Shown here: positions 25,265 to 32,629 of the stretch, one piece after another
Numbering within the stretch: the stretch's first letter is position 1
Layout of the letters: the number at the start of each line of letters is the position of its first letter
IMG/VR virus record: IMGVR_UViG_3300044266_000309
Location: 1-32,629 of that record
Source of the DNA: a virus
Taxonomy: Duplodnaviria > Caudoviricetes
Reading direction: 5' to 3' (one strand)
DNA length: 32,629 nt
Notes under the pieces: generated by a model
Told to the model about the DNA's origin: nothing
The model's database searches: none
The model's input: the letters and a program-made list of their open reading frames with translations, nothing else
Made by a program: the position numbers and the translations under genes

Positions 25265-26353
25265 GTGCACCTGCGAAAACTGGACAACGGACGCTGGCGA
25301 GTCGAGGTCTACAAGAACGGTCGCAAGGCATCGGCAACGGCACGCACGAAGGCCGAGGCCACCACCCGAGGCGTCGATCTACTGCTCGAGCTGGGCGGAA
25401 AACCGTCTGCGCGGGGCATGACCGTGCAAGAACTGGCAGCGAACTGGCTGGCGCAGACCGACAACCTGTCGGTTACCTATCGCACCGACGCCCAGCGCGT
25501 GATCGAACGTCTGCCGGATGAGTTCACCAGCCGCCTGATCGTCGACATAACGCCAAGCGTTATCGAGGGTCTGTACCGCCAGTTGGCAAAGGCCGGCTGG
25601 ACCGTCGACCGCATCCGTCGCGCGCACACCGTCCTGTCATCCGCCTGGACAATGGCACGCCGCTACGAGTGGGCGACCGTCAACCCGTTCACCGCTGCCC
25701 GCCGCCCATCAGCACCCAAGCGAGCCGTGGAGCCACCGACCATCGAACAGGTGCAGCGACTCCTTGCCGCCGACTCACGGTTCGTGCTGTTCCTTGAGGT
25801 GGCCGCCATCACCGGCGCACGTCGAGGCGAGGTGATCGGCCTGCAATGGGCGGACGTTCAATCTGATTCTCTGATCATTCGCCGATCCGTCGCCCAGTCA
25901 GTGGGCGAGCTGCACGTCACCGACGGCAAGACCGGCAGCAAGGGTCATCGTGTCGTGGCGATCGGGCCCGAACTGGTCGACGCACTCAAGGCGCACCGAC
26001 GTGTACAAGTCGAACAGGCGCTCGCAGCGGGCCTTCCGTCTCCGGTCTGGATCTTCTCACACGACGCCGGCGTGAGCCCTTGGCGACCGGATTACGCTTC
26101 TCGGGAGTTCCGCCGTCTGCGCACACGCCTCGGCCTGCCCGACAGCATTCGTCTGCATGACCTGCGGCACTTCGTGGCGACCGCGCTGCTCGCCGCTGGC
26201 ATCCCACTCAAGACCGTGTCCGAACGCCTCGGCCATCATCAGCTGTCGACGACAAGTGACCGCTACGGGCATTGGGTGCCTGCCGCCGACAGGGCTGCGA
26301 CCGACGTTCTCAGCTCGGCACTTACACTGAAAAGTATACAAAAAACAGTGTAG
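25265..26353 (+). CDS. int: Tyrosine integrase
   Basis: TGARRGE, HDLRH, LGH, RY catalytic residues; N-terminal arm-binding domain. Start re-called to GTG 25265 because the longer ORF runs through attP. Confidence 0.95.
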   Translation: MHLRKLDNGRWRVEVYKNGRKASATARTKAEATTRGVDLLLELGGKPSARGMTVQELAANWLAQTDNLSVTYRTDAQRVIERLPDEFTSRLIVDITPSVIEGLYRQLAKAGWTVDRIRRAHTVLSSAWTMARRYEWATVNPFTAARRPSAPKRAVEPPTIEQVQRLLAADSRFVLFLEVAAITGARRGEVIGLQWADVQSDSLIIRRSVAQSVGELHVTDGKTGSKGHRVVAIGPELVDALKAHRRVQVEQALAAGLPSPVWIFSHDAGVSPWRPDYASREFRRLRTRLGLPDSIRLHDLRHFVATALLAAGIPLKTVSERLGHHQLSTTSDRYGHWVPAADRAATDVLSSALTLKSIQKTV

Positions 26354-26484
26354 ACAGCCGATTGGCCCTCGGCCATAGTTGCCGCCCATGCGCACTGGTG
26401 ATGACATCAGCGGGGGGGGGGCAACCTTCGCGCACCCCTTCGCTAGGTTGACTCTTGCCGTAGTCGCCAGGAGGACGCACTGAG

Positions 26485-26652
26485 ATGGAACACGATGAGT
26501 TTGTCGCCGAGATGGCCCGGCTCAAGGCCGAGATCGACGTCGTGTTGAATCAGTTGGAGTGGCGGTCGGCGCAACGTCGGCACCCAGCTGCTGGTTCCCC
26601 AAGCGCCGCAGTAATTCAGTTACGTCTCGAACCTCGTCGCGAAGTCGGCTGA
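26485..26652 (+). CDS. Candidate 55-aa ORF antisense to the repressor 3' end (MEHDEFVAEMARLKAEIDVVLNQLEW...)
   Basis: AGGAGG at 26469-26474; amphipathic N-terminal helix. Confidence 0.4.
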   Translation: MEHDEFVAEMARLKAEIDVVLNQLEWRSAQRRHPAAGSPSAAVIQLRLEPRREVG

Positions 26653-26890
26653 CGTCTTGCTCGAGCCGTGCAAGCCGTTCGTTGTCCGCAACGGTGTCGA
26701 GCTGCAGGTGCAGTAACTCCAGCAATTGCGGGATGTACTTGGCAGACGGACTGCTGCCACCGTTCACCCACTTGTGCACCGCCTGCGGTCGGATGCCGAG
26801 CGCATCGGCGAGCGTCGACATGTTCAGCCCGACCTCGCGTAGACGCGCACGTAGTGGTTCACCACTCAACGGCAGGTCTTCCATGCGCAC
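26522..26890 (-). CDS. Immunity repressor, XRE/Cro-C1 HTH plus coiled coil
   Basis: LNMSTLADALGIRPQAVHKWVNGGSSP HTH; divergent from the early operon; start re-called to GTG 26890 (or ATG 26884). Confidence 0.85.
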   Translation of the reverse strand: MRMEDLPLSGEPLRARLREVGLNMSTLADALGIRPQAVHKWVNGGSSPSAKYIPQLLELLHLQLDTVADNERLARLEQDVSRLRDEVRDVTELLRRLGNQQLGADVAPTATPTDSTRRRSRP

Positions 26891-26996
26891 GCCATGAGTG
26901 TATGACCGCCTGTAGACGTGCGAAATAGTCCGTTTGTCTACTTTGTGAAGCGGAAAGGCTTGACACGGTTGCCAACCTGTAGTTGTCTTTCGGACC
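26891..26996. promoter_or_regulatory. Divergent lysis/lysogeny promoter-operator region
   Basis: Minus strand TACACT -10 six nt before the repressor GTG; plus strand TTGACA at 26960; inverted GTAGAC/GTCTAC pair (26912-17, 26936-41). Confidence 0.6.
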
Positions 26997-27242
26997 ATGA
27001 ACCCGAAGCCCACAGCGGCGGAGCTGTTGGAGACGACCGTGGTGCTTACAGCAACCGAAGTCGCCTACATCCTCCGTCTCACGTACCACAAGGGTCGCAA
27101 GGCCGGCACGCCTAACCGCCTGCTTGTCCTCGACCTCGTTGACCGTGGCCTCCTGGCACCTGTTGACCCGACTCAGCCGATCCACCGCTGGCGGTTCTCC
27201 ACGGCGTCGATCAAGCGCTACCTCATGGCGGTGGCCGCATGA
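26997..27242 (+). CDS. Excisionase/Cro-like HTH protein
   Basis: VLTATEVAYILR...WRFSTASIKRYL, MerR/Xis-like; first early gene. Confidence 0.75.
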   Translation: MNPKPTAAELLETTVVLTATEVAYILRLTYHKGRKAGTPNRLLVLDLVDRGLLAPVDPTQPIHRWRFSTASIKRYLMAVAA

Positions 27243-27412
27243 CCGTCGACCTGTTCCTCGCCGTGATGATCCTGTTCTCGCCGATGTGGCTGCTGCTCAT
27301 CGTCACCGTCGTGTTCGAGCGCTCCGAATGGGTGTGGCGCAAGGTCGATCGCACCATGGGCCGCATCGATACCCGTGTGCTGGGCCGCATCGACAGGCCG
27401 GTGCAGCGATGA
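27239..27412 (+). CDS. 57-aa single-TM membrane protein
   Basis: ATGA overlaps at both ends; hydrophobic N-terminus, basic tail. Confidence 0.7.
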   Translation: MTVDLFLAVMILFSPMWLLLIVTVVFERSEWVWRKVDRTMGRIDTRVLGRIDRPVQR

Positions 27413-27804
27413 AGCGCCGTATTGCCATCTCCGCTGCAGCCCTACTTGGCTCGCTGCTGCCCGTGTCGCACGCTGACGCTGCCGCTGGCCGCTGCCCCCA
27501 GTACGAGGCGTTGCTGACCATCTGGGCTCCTCGAGGTGGCTGGAGCGTCGTCCGTATGAGCCGCATCATGTTCCGCGAGTCACGCTGCGACGCCAAGGCC
27601 GTCAACAAGCGAGGCGGCGACTCCGGCCTGCTGCAAGCGCACCCGATCGTGTGGCCGTTCCTGTCGAAGAAGTTCGGCGTGCCGATGGCCGACATGCGTC
27701 CGTGGCTGCTTGACCCGGTCAACAACATCCGTGCAGGCGCCGCCCTGTTTGAGTTCTGGCACCGTGCGGGCCGCAGCGGCTACCAGCCCTGGGCGGTGCG
27801 CTGA
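27409..27804 (+). CDS. Secreted lytic transglycosylase (SLT/Rpf-like lysozyme fold)
   Basis: Signal peptide MKRR...SHADA; RES catalytic Glu, GLLQ, DP..NI, QPW. Confidence 0.82.
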   Translation: MKRRIAISAAALLGSLLPVSHADAAAGRCPQYEALLTIWAPRGGWSVVRMSRIMFRESRCDAKAVNKRGGDSGLLQAHPIVWPFLSKKFGVPMADMRPWLLDPVNNIRAGAALFEFWHRAGRSGYQPWAVR

Positions 27805-27983
27805 TGCGTTCCTGCGTCAACTGGGTGGCACACGCCCTTATCGAGGACGTCATCGACCCCGACTGGACCGACCTGCGCAACGTGCTGAACGTGGCCCGCA
27901 TCGCCGTTGAGACGACCGACATCTACCGAGCGTTGTACGGCGACGGCAACGCATACACCGTCGTTGAGTGGAGCCACTCATGA
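27804..27983 (+). CDS. 59-aa hypothetical protein
   Basis: TGATG and ATGA coupling with neighbours. Confidence 0.65.
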   Translation: MRSCVNWVAHALIEDVIDPDWTDLRNVLNVARIAVETTDIYRALYGDGNAYTVVEWSHS

Positions 27984-28345
27984 CCGCCGAGGACGTGACG
28001 CCGGTGCCAGCCGATGACGACCGTCCTGCAGGCGAGGCCGGGGTCGGTGCCCACCAGCCGGCCCCGGCCAGCCCATCCCGAGTGACCTTCGACGAGTTGG
28101 AGTCATTGATCTACCGAGTCGTCGACGTGGCACGGCACGACATGAGGTCGACCGTCAAGGCCGACGCCGACCGACTTTTCGGCCTCATCCCGATGCTGCT
28201 CGACGCCGTGTACTCGGCGTACGAGTACCGCTGTCGAGCCCACCAACCGATCCAGGGCGAGCCCGAGTACTTGCGCATAACCACCTGGATTCGCGCCGAG
28301 ATCGCAGCCTGCGCCGACAACGTCGTTCGCTGGGTCACGCTGTGA
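27980..28345 (+). CDS. Hypothetical protein
   Basis: GGAG SD, coupled in the operon. Confidence 0.7.
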   Translation: MTAEDVTPVPADDDRPAGEAGVGAHQPAPASPSRVTFDELESLIYRVVDVARHDMRSTVKADADRLFGLIPMLLDAVYSAYEYRCRAHQPIQGEPEYLRITTWIRAEIAACADNVVRWVTL

Positions 28346-28413
28346 ACTGGCTCTACCTTGCCTGGCTGTTCTTCGCAGCGTTCGGCCTGCTGCTGATCTG
28401 GGGCGCCAAGTGA
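28342..28413 (+). CDS. 23-aa hydrophobic membrane peptide (MNWLYLAWLFFAAFGLLLIWGAK)
   Basis: GTGA overlaps at both ends and exactly fills the gap. Confidence 0.6.
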   Translation: MNWLYLAWLFFAAFGLLLIWGAK

Positions 28414-28871
28414 GCGCCGAGCTGCCTCGCCGCTACGCACGTGTTGACGGCACCAACAGCATCTGGACCGTCACCCGTCGCTTGCCTGACGGTTCATACC
28501 GCTTGGAAAACGAGCGCACCTGGTTCTACGCCGACGCAGCGTTCGTGACCTTGATCGGCTCCTCGCGCGCTGCCGACATCGACACCGCCGTGGCGGCAGG
28601 CGATGCGCAGACCGACGCCAAGGTGCGCGACATGCACCGCCTCGTCCTGCAGCTACTTGAGCGCGGCGCCATGTCCGACTTCGACCTCGCCGCCGAAGCG
28701 AGCCGCATCCTCAAGCGCATCGTCAAGCAAACCTCGATCGGCAAGCGCCGCCAAGAGCTGGTCACGCTCGGCCTCGTCTGCGACTCCGGTCGTCGAGGCA
28801 TCTCGGACACCGGCTCGTCCTGCGTGCGCTGGATGCTGACCCGTGCAGGAAAGCAAGCGAGCGCCGCCTGA
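28410..28871 (+). CDS. Winged-helix DNA-binding protein with N-terminal beta domain
   Basis: GAMSDFDL...SIGKRRQELVTLGLVCDSGRR...W pattern. Confidence 0.7.
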   Translation: MSAELPRRYARVDGTNSIWTVTRRLPDGSYRLENERTWFYADAAFVTLIGSSRAADIDTAVAAGDAQTDAKVRDMHRLVLQLLERGAMSDFDLAAEASRILKRIVKQTSIGKRRQELVTLGLVCDSGRRGISDTGSSCVRWMLTRAGKQASAA

Positions 28872-29089
28872 TGCACCCCGTGATGCGTTATGCCCGCCCC
28901 AAGCCGAACGACCCCGACATCGTGCACGTCCGCTGCTGCGAACACGAGTCGATCGCCTTGTGCAGCCTCGACGTGAGCGACGACCCCGTCACCCCCGACG
29001 ACGAAGAAACCACGTGCGTCGTCTGCGCCGAACTTGAGCTCGACGACGAGTTCTGCCCCGTCAACGGGCCGAAGGGCTGCCTGCCGTGA
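28871..29089 (+). CDS. Small Cys-rich acidic Zn-binding protein
   Basis: HVRCC, ALC, CVVC, CP...C. Confidence 0.7.
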   Translation: MHPVMRYARPKPNDPDIVHVRCCEHESIALCSLDVSDDPVTPDDEETTCVVCAELELDDEFCPVNGPKGCLP

Positions 29090-29253
29090 CCGTGCGCCCG
29101 ATCCACGAACGCTGGTCGGCGGCGATCAGCGACCTCGAGAAAGACATTCTGCCGGCCGCCATGCTCCGCCTCGATCGGCGCGACATCGCACTCGGCATCA
29201 CCCGATACCCGAAGCCAGTTCTGGAGGAACAACATGGCGAACAACACACCTGA
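29086..29253 (+). CDS. 55-aa hypothetical protein
   Basis: GTGA overlap; fills the gap before the annealase. Confidence 0.55.
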   Translation: MTVRPIHERWSAAISDLEKDILPAAMLRLDRRDIALGITRYPKPVLEEQHGEQHT

Positions 29254-29857
29254 GGAGCGTCTGCGTGCCATCCCGGCCGCCCACGCTCAACCCGACCCGA
29301 GGACGTTGGCGAGCCTGCCCAAGGGCGGCGTCAACCTGCTCTACATGGGTCATGCCGAAGTCACGCTGGCGTTGATCGACGTTGACCCGCTGTGGACGTG
29401 GGAACCGGTGGCCATGGACCTTGAGACCGGCGGGCCTCGCATCATCCAGGACGGCAATCTGCTGACCCTGTGGGGATACCTCACGGTCTGCGGCGTGCGT
29501 CGGCTGTGTGTCGGCACCTGCGAAGCTCGCAAGGCCGAGAGCAGCAAGGAACTGTTGGGCGATGCCCTCCGCAACGGCGCCATGCGCTTTGGCATCGGCA
29601 CCAAGTTGTGGTCGAAGGCCGTCGACGCCGAGCCCGTCGCACCGGTTGTCGCACGCAAGCAGACCAAGCGTGACGCTCTCGCCGAGGAACTGTTCGAGCT
29701 GTGCAAGGCCGCATCCGCCGCTACCAAGGCGGAGCTGCGTGCCCTTGCCGAACGAGATGGCCGGCGCATCGGCGTGCAGTCATTCCTCGAGCACCCCGAC
29801 TGGGCCGACCTCGTCCGCAACACCCTCGCCGATCTCACCAACAAGGAAGCAGCATGA
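29234..29857 (+). CDS. Rad52/Sak-like single-strand annealing recombinase
   Basis: YMGHAEV...DPLWTW...LTVCGV...KE..GDALRNGAMRFGIG; GGAGG SD; directly upstream of ssb. Confidence 0.75.
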   Translation: MANNTPEERLRAIPAAHAQPDPRTLASLPKGGVNLLYMGHAEVTLALIDVDPLWTWEPVAMDLETGGPRIIQDGNLLTLWGYLTVCGVRRLCVGTCEARKAESSKELLGDALRNGAMRFGIGTKLWSKAVDAEPVAPVVARKQTKRDALAEELFELCKAASAATKAELRALAERDGRRIGVQSFLEHPDWADLVRNTLADLTNKEAA

Positions 29858-30276
29858 GCGACAACAGCGTCACACTGATCGGCAACCTCACGCAGGAGCC
29901 GACCCTTCGATTCAGCGACAGCGGCAACGCCGTCGTCAGCGTCGGCCTCGCCGTCAACCGGCGATACCAGGCAGGCGGCCAGTGGCAGGAATCGACCAGC
30001 TACTACACCGTTACCGTGTTCGGCAAGATCGCTGAGGACCTCGCAGCCTCGGCCACCAAGGGCACCCGCGTCATCGTGATCGGGCACATCGAGACTGGCG
30101 AGTTCACCGACAAGGAAGGCGTGAACCGCAAGACGTTCAAGATCATCGCCAGCGAGATCGGCGCCTCGTTCCGGTTCGCCACCGCCACGATCGACCGAGT
30201 CGCACGGGACACTGCGGGACAGCAGGGGACACAACCGTACCGTCCGGCCGTCGACAAGGACGAGGAGCCGTTCTGA
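29854..30276 (+). CDS. ssb: Single-stranded DNA-binding protein
   Basis: VTLIGNLTQEP.LRF, LAVNRR, acidic EEPF tail. Confidence 0.93.
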   Translation: MSDNSVTLIGNLTQEPTLRFSDSGNAVVSVGLAVNRRYQAGGQWQESTSYYTVTVFGKIAEDLAASATKGTRVIVIGHIETGEFTDKEGVNRKTFKIIASEIGASFRFATATIDRVARDTAGQQGTQPYRPAVDKDEEPF

Positions 30277-30277
30277 G

Positions 30278-30808
30278 ATGACGTCAGCGGCATCCATCCA
30301 TGCGCACGTCGCCGAGATCGCCAACGCTGCACACAAGGCCGGCCATGCGTCCACCGAGGCCGTCGCCGACCGGTTCGGCGTCAACCTGCGCTACGCCTCC
30401 AACATGATGCGCAGGGCCCGTGAGGCCGGTTGGGACATCCCGCACAGCCTGCAGCCGTGGATGCTGGGCTACGTGCGCGACATCGCACCGATCGACGACC
30501 GTCGCCAGCTGCTGGAGTCGCTTGAGCGAGGTGCGGGCGACTTCAACAAGGACAACTGGCGTGAACGGGCCAACTGCCGTGGCATCGACCCCAACCTGTT
30601 CCACCCGGAACGTGGCAGCAACGGCCATGACATGGCAACGGCCAAGCAGGTCTGCGCGGGCTGCAGCGTCCGCAAGGAATGCCTGGAGTATGCGCTCGAC
30701 AACATGGAGAAGGTCGGCGTGTGGGGCGGCCTGTCGGAACGTGAACGCCGCCGTGTCCGCCGCGACAACGTGACCGAGCGCCGCTGGCTGATCGTCGAGA
30801 TTGCATGA
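30278..30808 (+). CDS. whiB: WhiB-family Fe-S regulator fused to an N-terminal HTH
   Basis: W...ANC...FHP...AKQVCAGCSVRKECLEYAL...GVWGGLSERER. Confidence 0.9.
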   Translation: MTSAASIHAHVAEIANAAHKAGHASTEAVADRFGVNLRYASNMMRRAREAGWDIPHSLQPWMLGYVRDIAPIDDRRQLLESLERGAGDFNKDNWRERANCRGIDPNLFHPERGSNGHDMATAKQVCAGCSVRKECLEYALDNMEKVGVWGGLSERERRRVRRDNVTERRWLIVEIA

Positions 30809-31260
30809 GCCGCAAGAGCATCGAGTTCAACGTGATCGGAACGCCGGCCCCGCAAGGTTCCAAGACTCGGATGCCGAACGGCGCCATGGTCGAAGGCTCC
30901 AGCGCCACCGGCAGGTTGAAGCACCGCACCTGGCGGCAGGCCGTCGCCCTCGAGGCGCACCATCAACGGCAACTGCATGAGCACTGCTTCACCACCCCGG
31001 TGTGCGTGACCGCCGTGTTCCGCTTCGCTCTGCCCAAGTCACGAGCGGCCAACGTGCGTCGTGCCATCACCGAAGGCGTGATGGTCGGCTGGAAGGGCAG
31101 CAAACCCGATTTGGATAAGCTCTGCAGGTCCATTTTTGACTCACTTGAAACCAGCGGATTGCTTGCGCACGACGCGTTGGTGGCACAGTGCATCGCAACC
31201 AAGATCGAGGTCGGCACCGGCGAATGGACCGGCGCCCGGATCACGGTGACCGAGCTGTGA
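30805..31260 (+). CDS. rusA: RusA-family Holliday junction resolvase
   Basis: GTPAPQGSK, KPDLDKLCRSIFDSL, DALV. Confidence 0.88.
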   Translation: MSRKSIEFNVIGTPAPQGSKTRMPNGAMVEGSSATGRLKHRTWRQAVALEAHHQRQLHEHCFTTPVCVTAVFRFALPKSRAANVRRAITEGVMVGWKGSKPDLDKLCRSIFDSLETSGLLAHDALVAQCIATKIEVGTGEWTGARITVTEL

Positions 31261-31562
31261 GCCTGTTTGCCGAATGGCGGGCCCGCTACCACGGCTGGTC
31301 CGTCATTGAGCGCGTCCTGCGACGCGACGAGGGCCGCTGCCAGTTCTGGGGGCACGTCTGGGATGCGGCGTTCGCCTATCACGACCTGAACGACGCACCC
31401 GAGGTGTGTTCGCCGATGTTGAAGGTGCTGAACCTTCGCCCCGACCTCAGCCTTGACGAGCTGCACTGCACGACGATCTGCGTGCACCACGTCGACTGGC
31501 TCGTCAACCGACCCGACGTCGCCCTCGCCCTCGGCGTCGCCTACCAAGAAGGAACGCACTGA
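31257..31562 (+). CDS. Hypothetical protein
   Basis: GTGA/TGATG coupling with neighbours. Confidence 0.65.
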   Translation: MSLFAEWRARYHGWSVIERVLRRDEGRCQFWGHVWDAAFAYHDLNDAPEVCSPMLKVLNLRPDLSLDELHCTTICVHHVDWLVNRPDVALALGVAYQEGTH

Positions 31563-32392
31563 TGACGTGGTTCAAGATCGACGACGGCTTCTTCATGAAC
31601 ATGAAAGTCGTCGAGGCGGGCAACGCAGCCGTGGGCCTGTGGGTCCGGGCCGGTGCATGGTGCAGCCAACAACTCACCGACGGCTACGTGCCCGAGGCCG
31701 TCGCACGCACCTTCGGCACCGCCACCGAGGTCGACTCCCTCGTTGACAGCGGCCTGTGGGAATGCGTCGAAGGCGGCTACCAGTTCCCCGACTGGCTCGA
31801 GTACAACCCGAGCGCTGACGAGGTGAAGGCGACCAGGGCGGCATCGGCCGAACGCCAGCGCCAGTCCCGAACACGTCGCAGCGACGATGCGGAGGATGTC
31901 ACGCGTGAGTCACGCGTGAGTCACAGCGATGTCACAGCGAAGTCACGCGTGACAGCGCGCGAAGTCACGCGTGAGTCACAGCACCCCGACCCGACCCGAC
32001 CCGACCCGATAAACCCACCACCACCAGGCGAAGTTATCCACAGGGTGGTGGTGGTGGCGGCGAAGCGGATCATCGAGGTTGCACCACCGACGACAGCACC
32101 GAAGAACGCCAGCGCCTACCAAGCAGCGATGTGCCGGCGCTTGAAGATTGAGTACGACGTCGGTGCGCTCATCGCCATACATGGAGCCGATCACGCTGCG
32201 GACGTCATCGTGCAGACAGAGACGGGCCCGCCTGCACGCCCCGCCGCACCCGCCGGACCCGAACACGATCCCAGCTGCCCGGACTGCGCGGGCTCGGGCT
32301 GGCGCACCGTCGACTTCGACAACGCCACCGTCGACCGCTGCACCTGCACATCAGACATCGCACCCGTGCTCAAGCTCAGGAGGGCAACGTGA
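31562..32392 (+). CDS. Replication initiator (RepA/lambda O-like)
   Basis: MTWFKIDDGF...TDGYVP...SGLW...YQFPDWLEYNPS N-terminus, internal iterons, PDPTRP linker, C-terminal CPDC...CTC. Confidence 0.82.
   Translation: MTWFKIDDGFFMNMKVVEAGNAAVGLWVRAGAWCSQQLTDGYVPEAVARTFGTATEVDSLVDSGLWECVEGGYQFPDWLEYNPSADEVKATRAASAERQRQSRTRRSDDAEDVTRESRVSHSDVTAKSRVTAREVTRESQHPDPTRPDPINPPPPGEVIHRVVVVAAKRIIEVAPPTTAPKNASAYQAAMCRRLKIEYDVGALIAIHGADHAADVIVQTETGPPARPAAPAGPEHDPSCPDCAGSGWRTVDFDNATVDRCTCTSDIAPVLKLRRAT
31898..32057. repeat. Probable replication origin: 11-bp-phased iterons GTCAC(GCGTGA), CCCGA repeats, DnaA box TTATCCACA (32034-42)
   Basis: GTCAC at 31898, 31909, 31920, 31931, 31942, 31964 and 31975; perfect DnaA box inside a CCACCACCACC/GGTGGTGGTGG inverted repeat. 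Confidence 0.75.
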
Positions 32393-32629
32393 CAATTTCG
32401 GGCATCGGAACTAGACAAGATCGGGCCGCCTCGGGCGACGACGTCATCACCCGGCTGCGTTGCATCTATCGCGAGGAAGGCTGCAACGAGTGCACGTTCT
32501 GCGCTGCAAAAAGTGAGATCGAACGCCTGCGCGCCGAGGTGAAACGACTGCGATCTTCCCCAGTCACCATCCACATTGGCAACGGGTTCGGCTACAGCGA
32601 CATCCAGATGCAAGGGGAGGCCCGCCGTG
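32389..32629 (+). CDS. First cassette gene (81 aa; continues across the circular join to TGA at 118-120)
   Basis: AGGAGG SD, GTGA overlap with rep; DDVITRLR...CNECTFC...EIERLR...EARRD. Confidence 0.8.
   Translation, partial: MTISGIGTRQDRAASGDDVITRLRCIYREEGCNECTFCAAKSEIERLRAEVKRLRSSPVTIHIGNGFGYSDIQMQGEARR
32515..32629. repeat. Direct terminal repeat, copy 2
   Basis: Identical to 1-115. Confidence 0.95.

Noticed and set aside
26322-26525. 67-aa minus-strand ORF after the repressor and a G10 tract (26412-26421) as a phase-variation switch
   Set aside because: The ORF has a TTG start, no protein-like features and overlaps int; without read-level length variation the G tract cannot be supported as functional.

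Overview
This window looks like the complete, circularly permuted genome (about 32.5 kb; bases 1-115 are repeated exactly at 32515-32629) of a GC-rich temperate siphovirus-like phage. The WhiB gene and actinophage-style terminase, Rep and RusA point to an Actinomycetota host. Gene order: array of small translationally coupled cassette genes, putative late regulator, endonuclease VII, HNH, TerS/TerL, portal, four extra structural-looking genes, HK97 protease and capsid, neck/tail (two tail-tube paralogues, short tape measure), M15 endolysin, fibre genes, holin, metallophosphoesterase module with an inverted moron, attP (3' half of tRNA-Glu CTC), tyrosine integrase, repressor/Cro-Xis switch, and an early operon (secreted lytic transglycosylase, Rad52-like annealase, SSB, HTH-WhiB, RusA, Rep with internal iterons and a DnaA box). 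The most striking unexplained structure is the cassette array at 32389-1301. Five consecutive gene junctions share one ~22-bp motif (SD + overlapping start/stop) and several genes share a second internal repeat (EIERLR), suggesting a two-tier recombinational gene-shuffling system. All product calls come from reading motifs and synteny by eye; no database searches were run.
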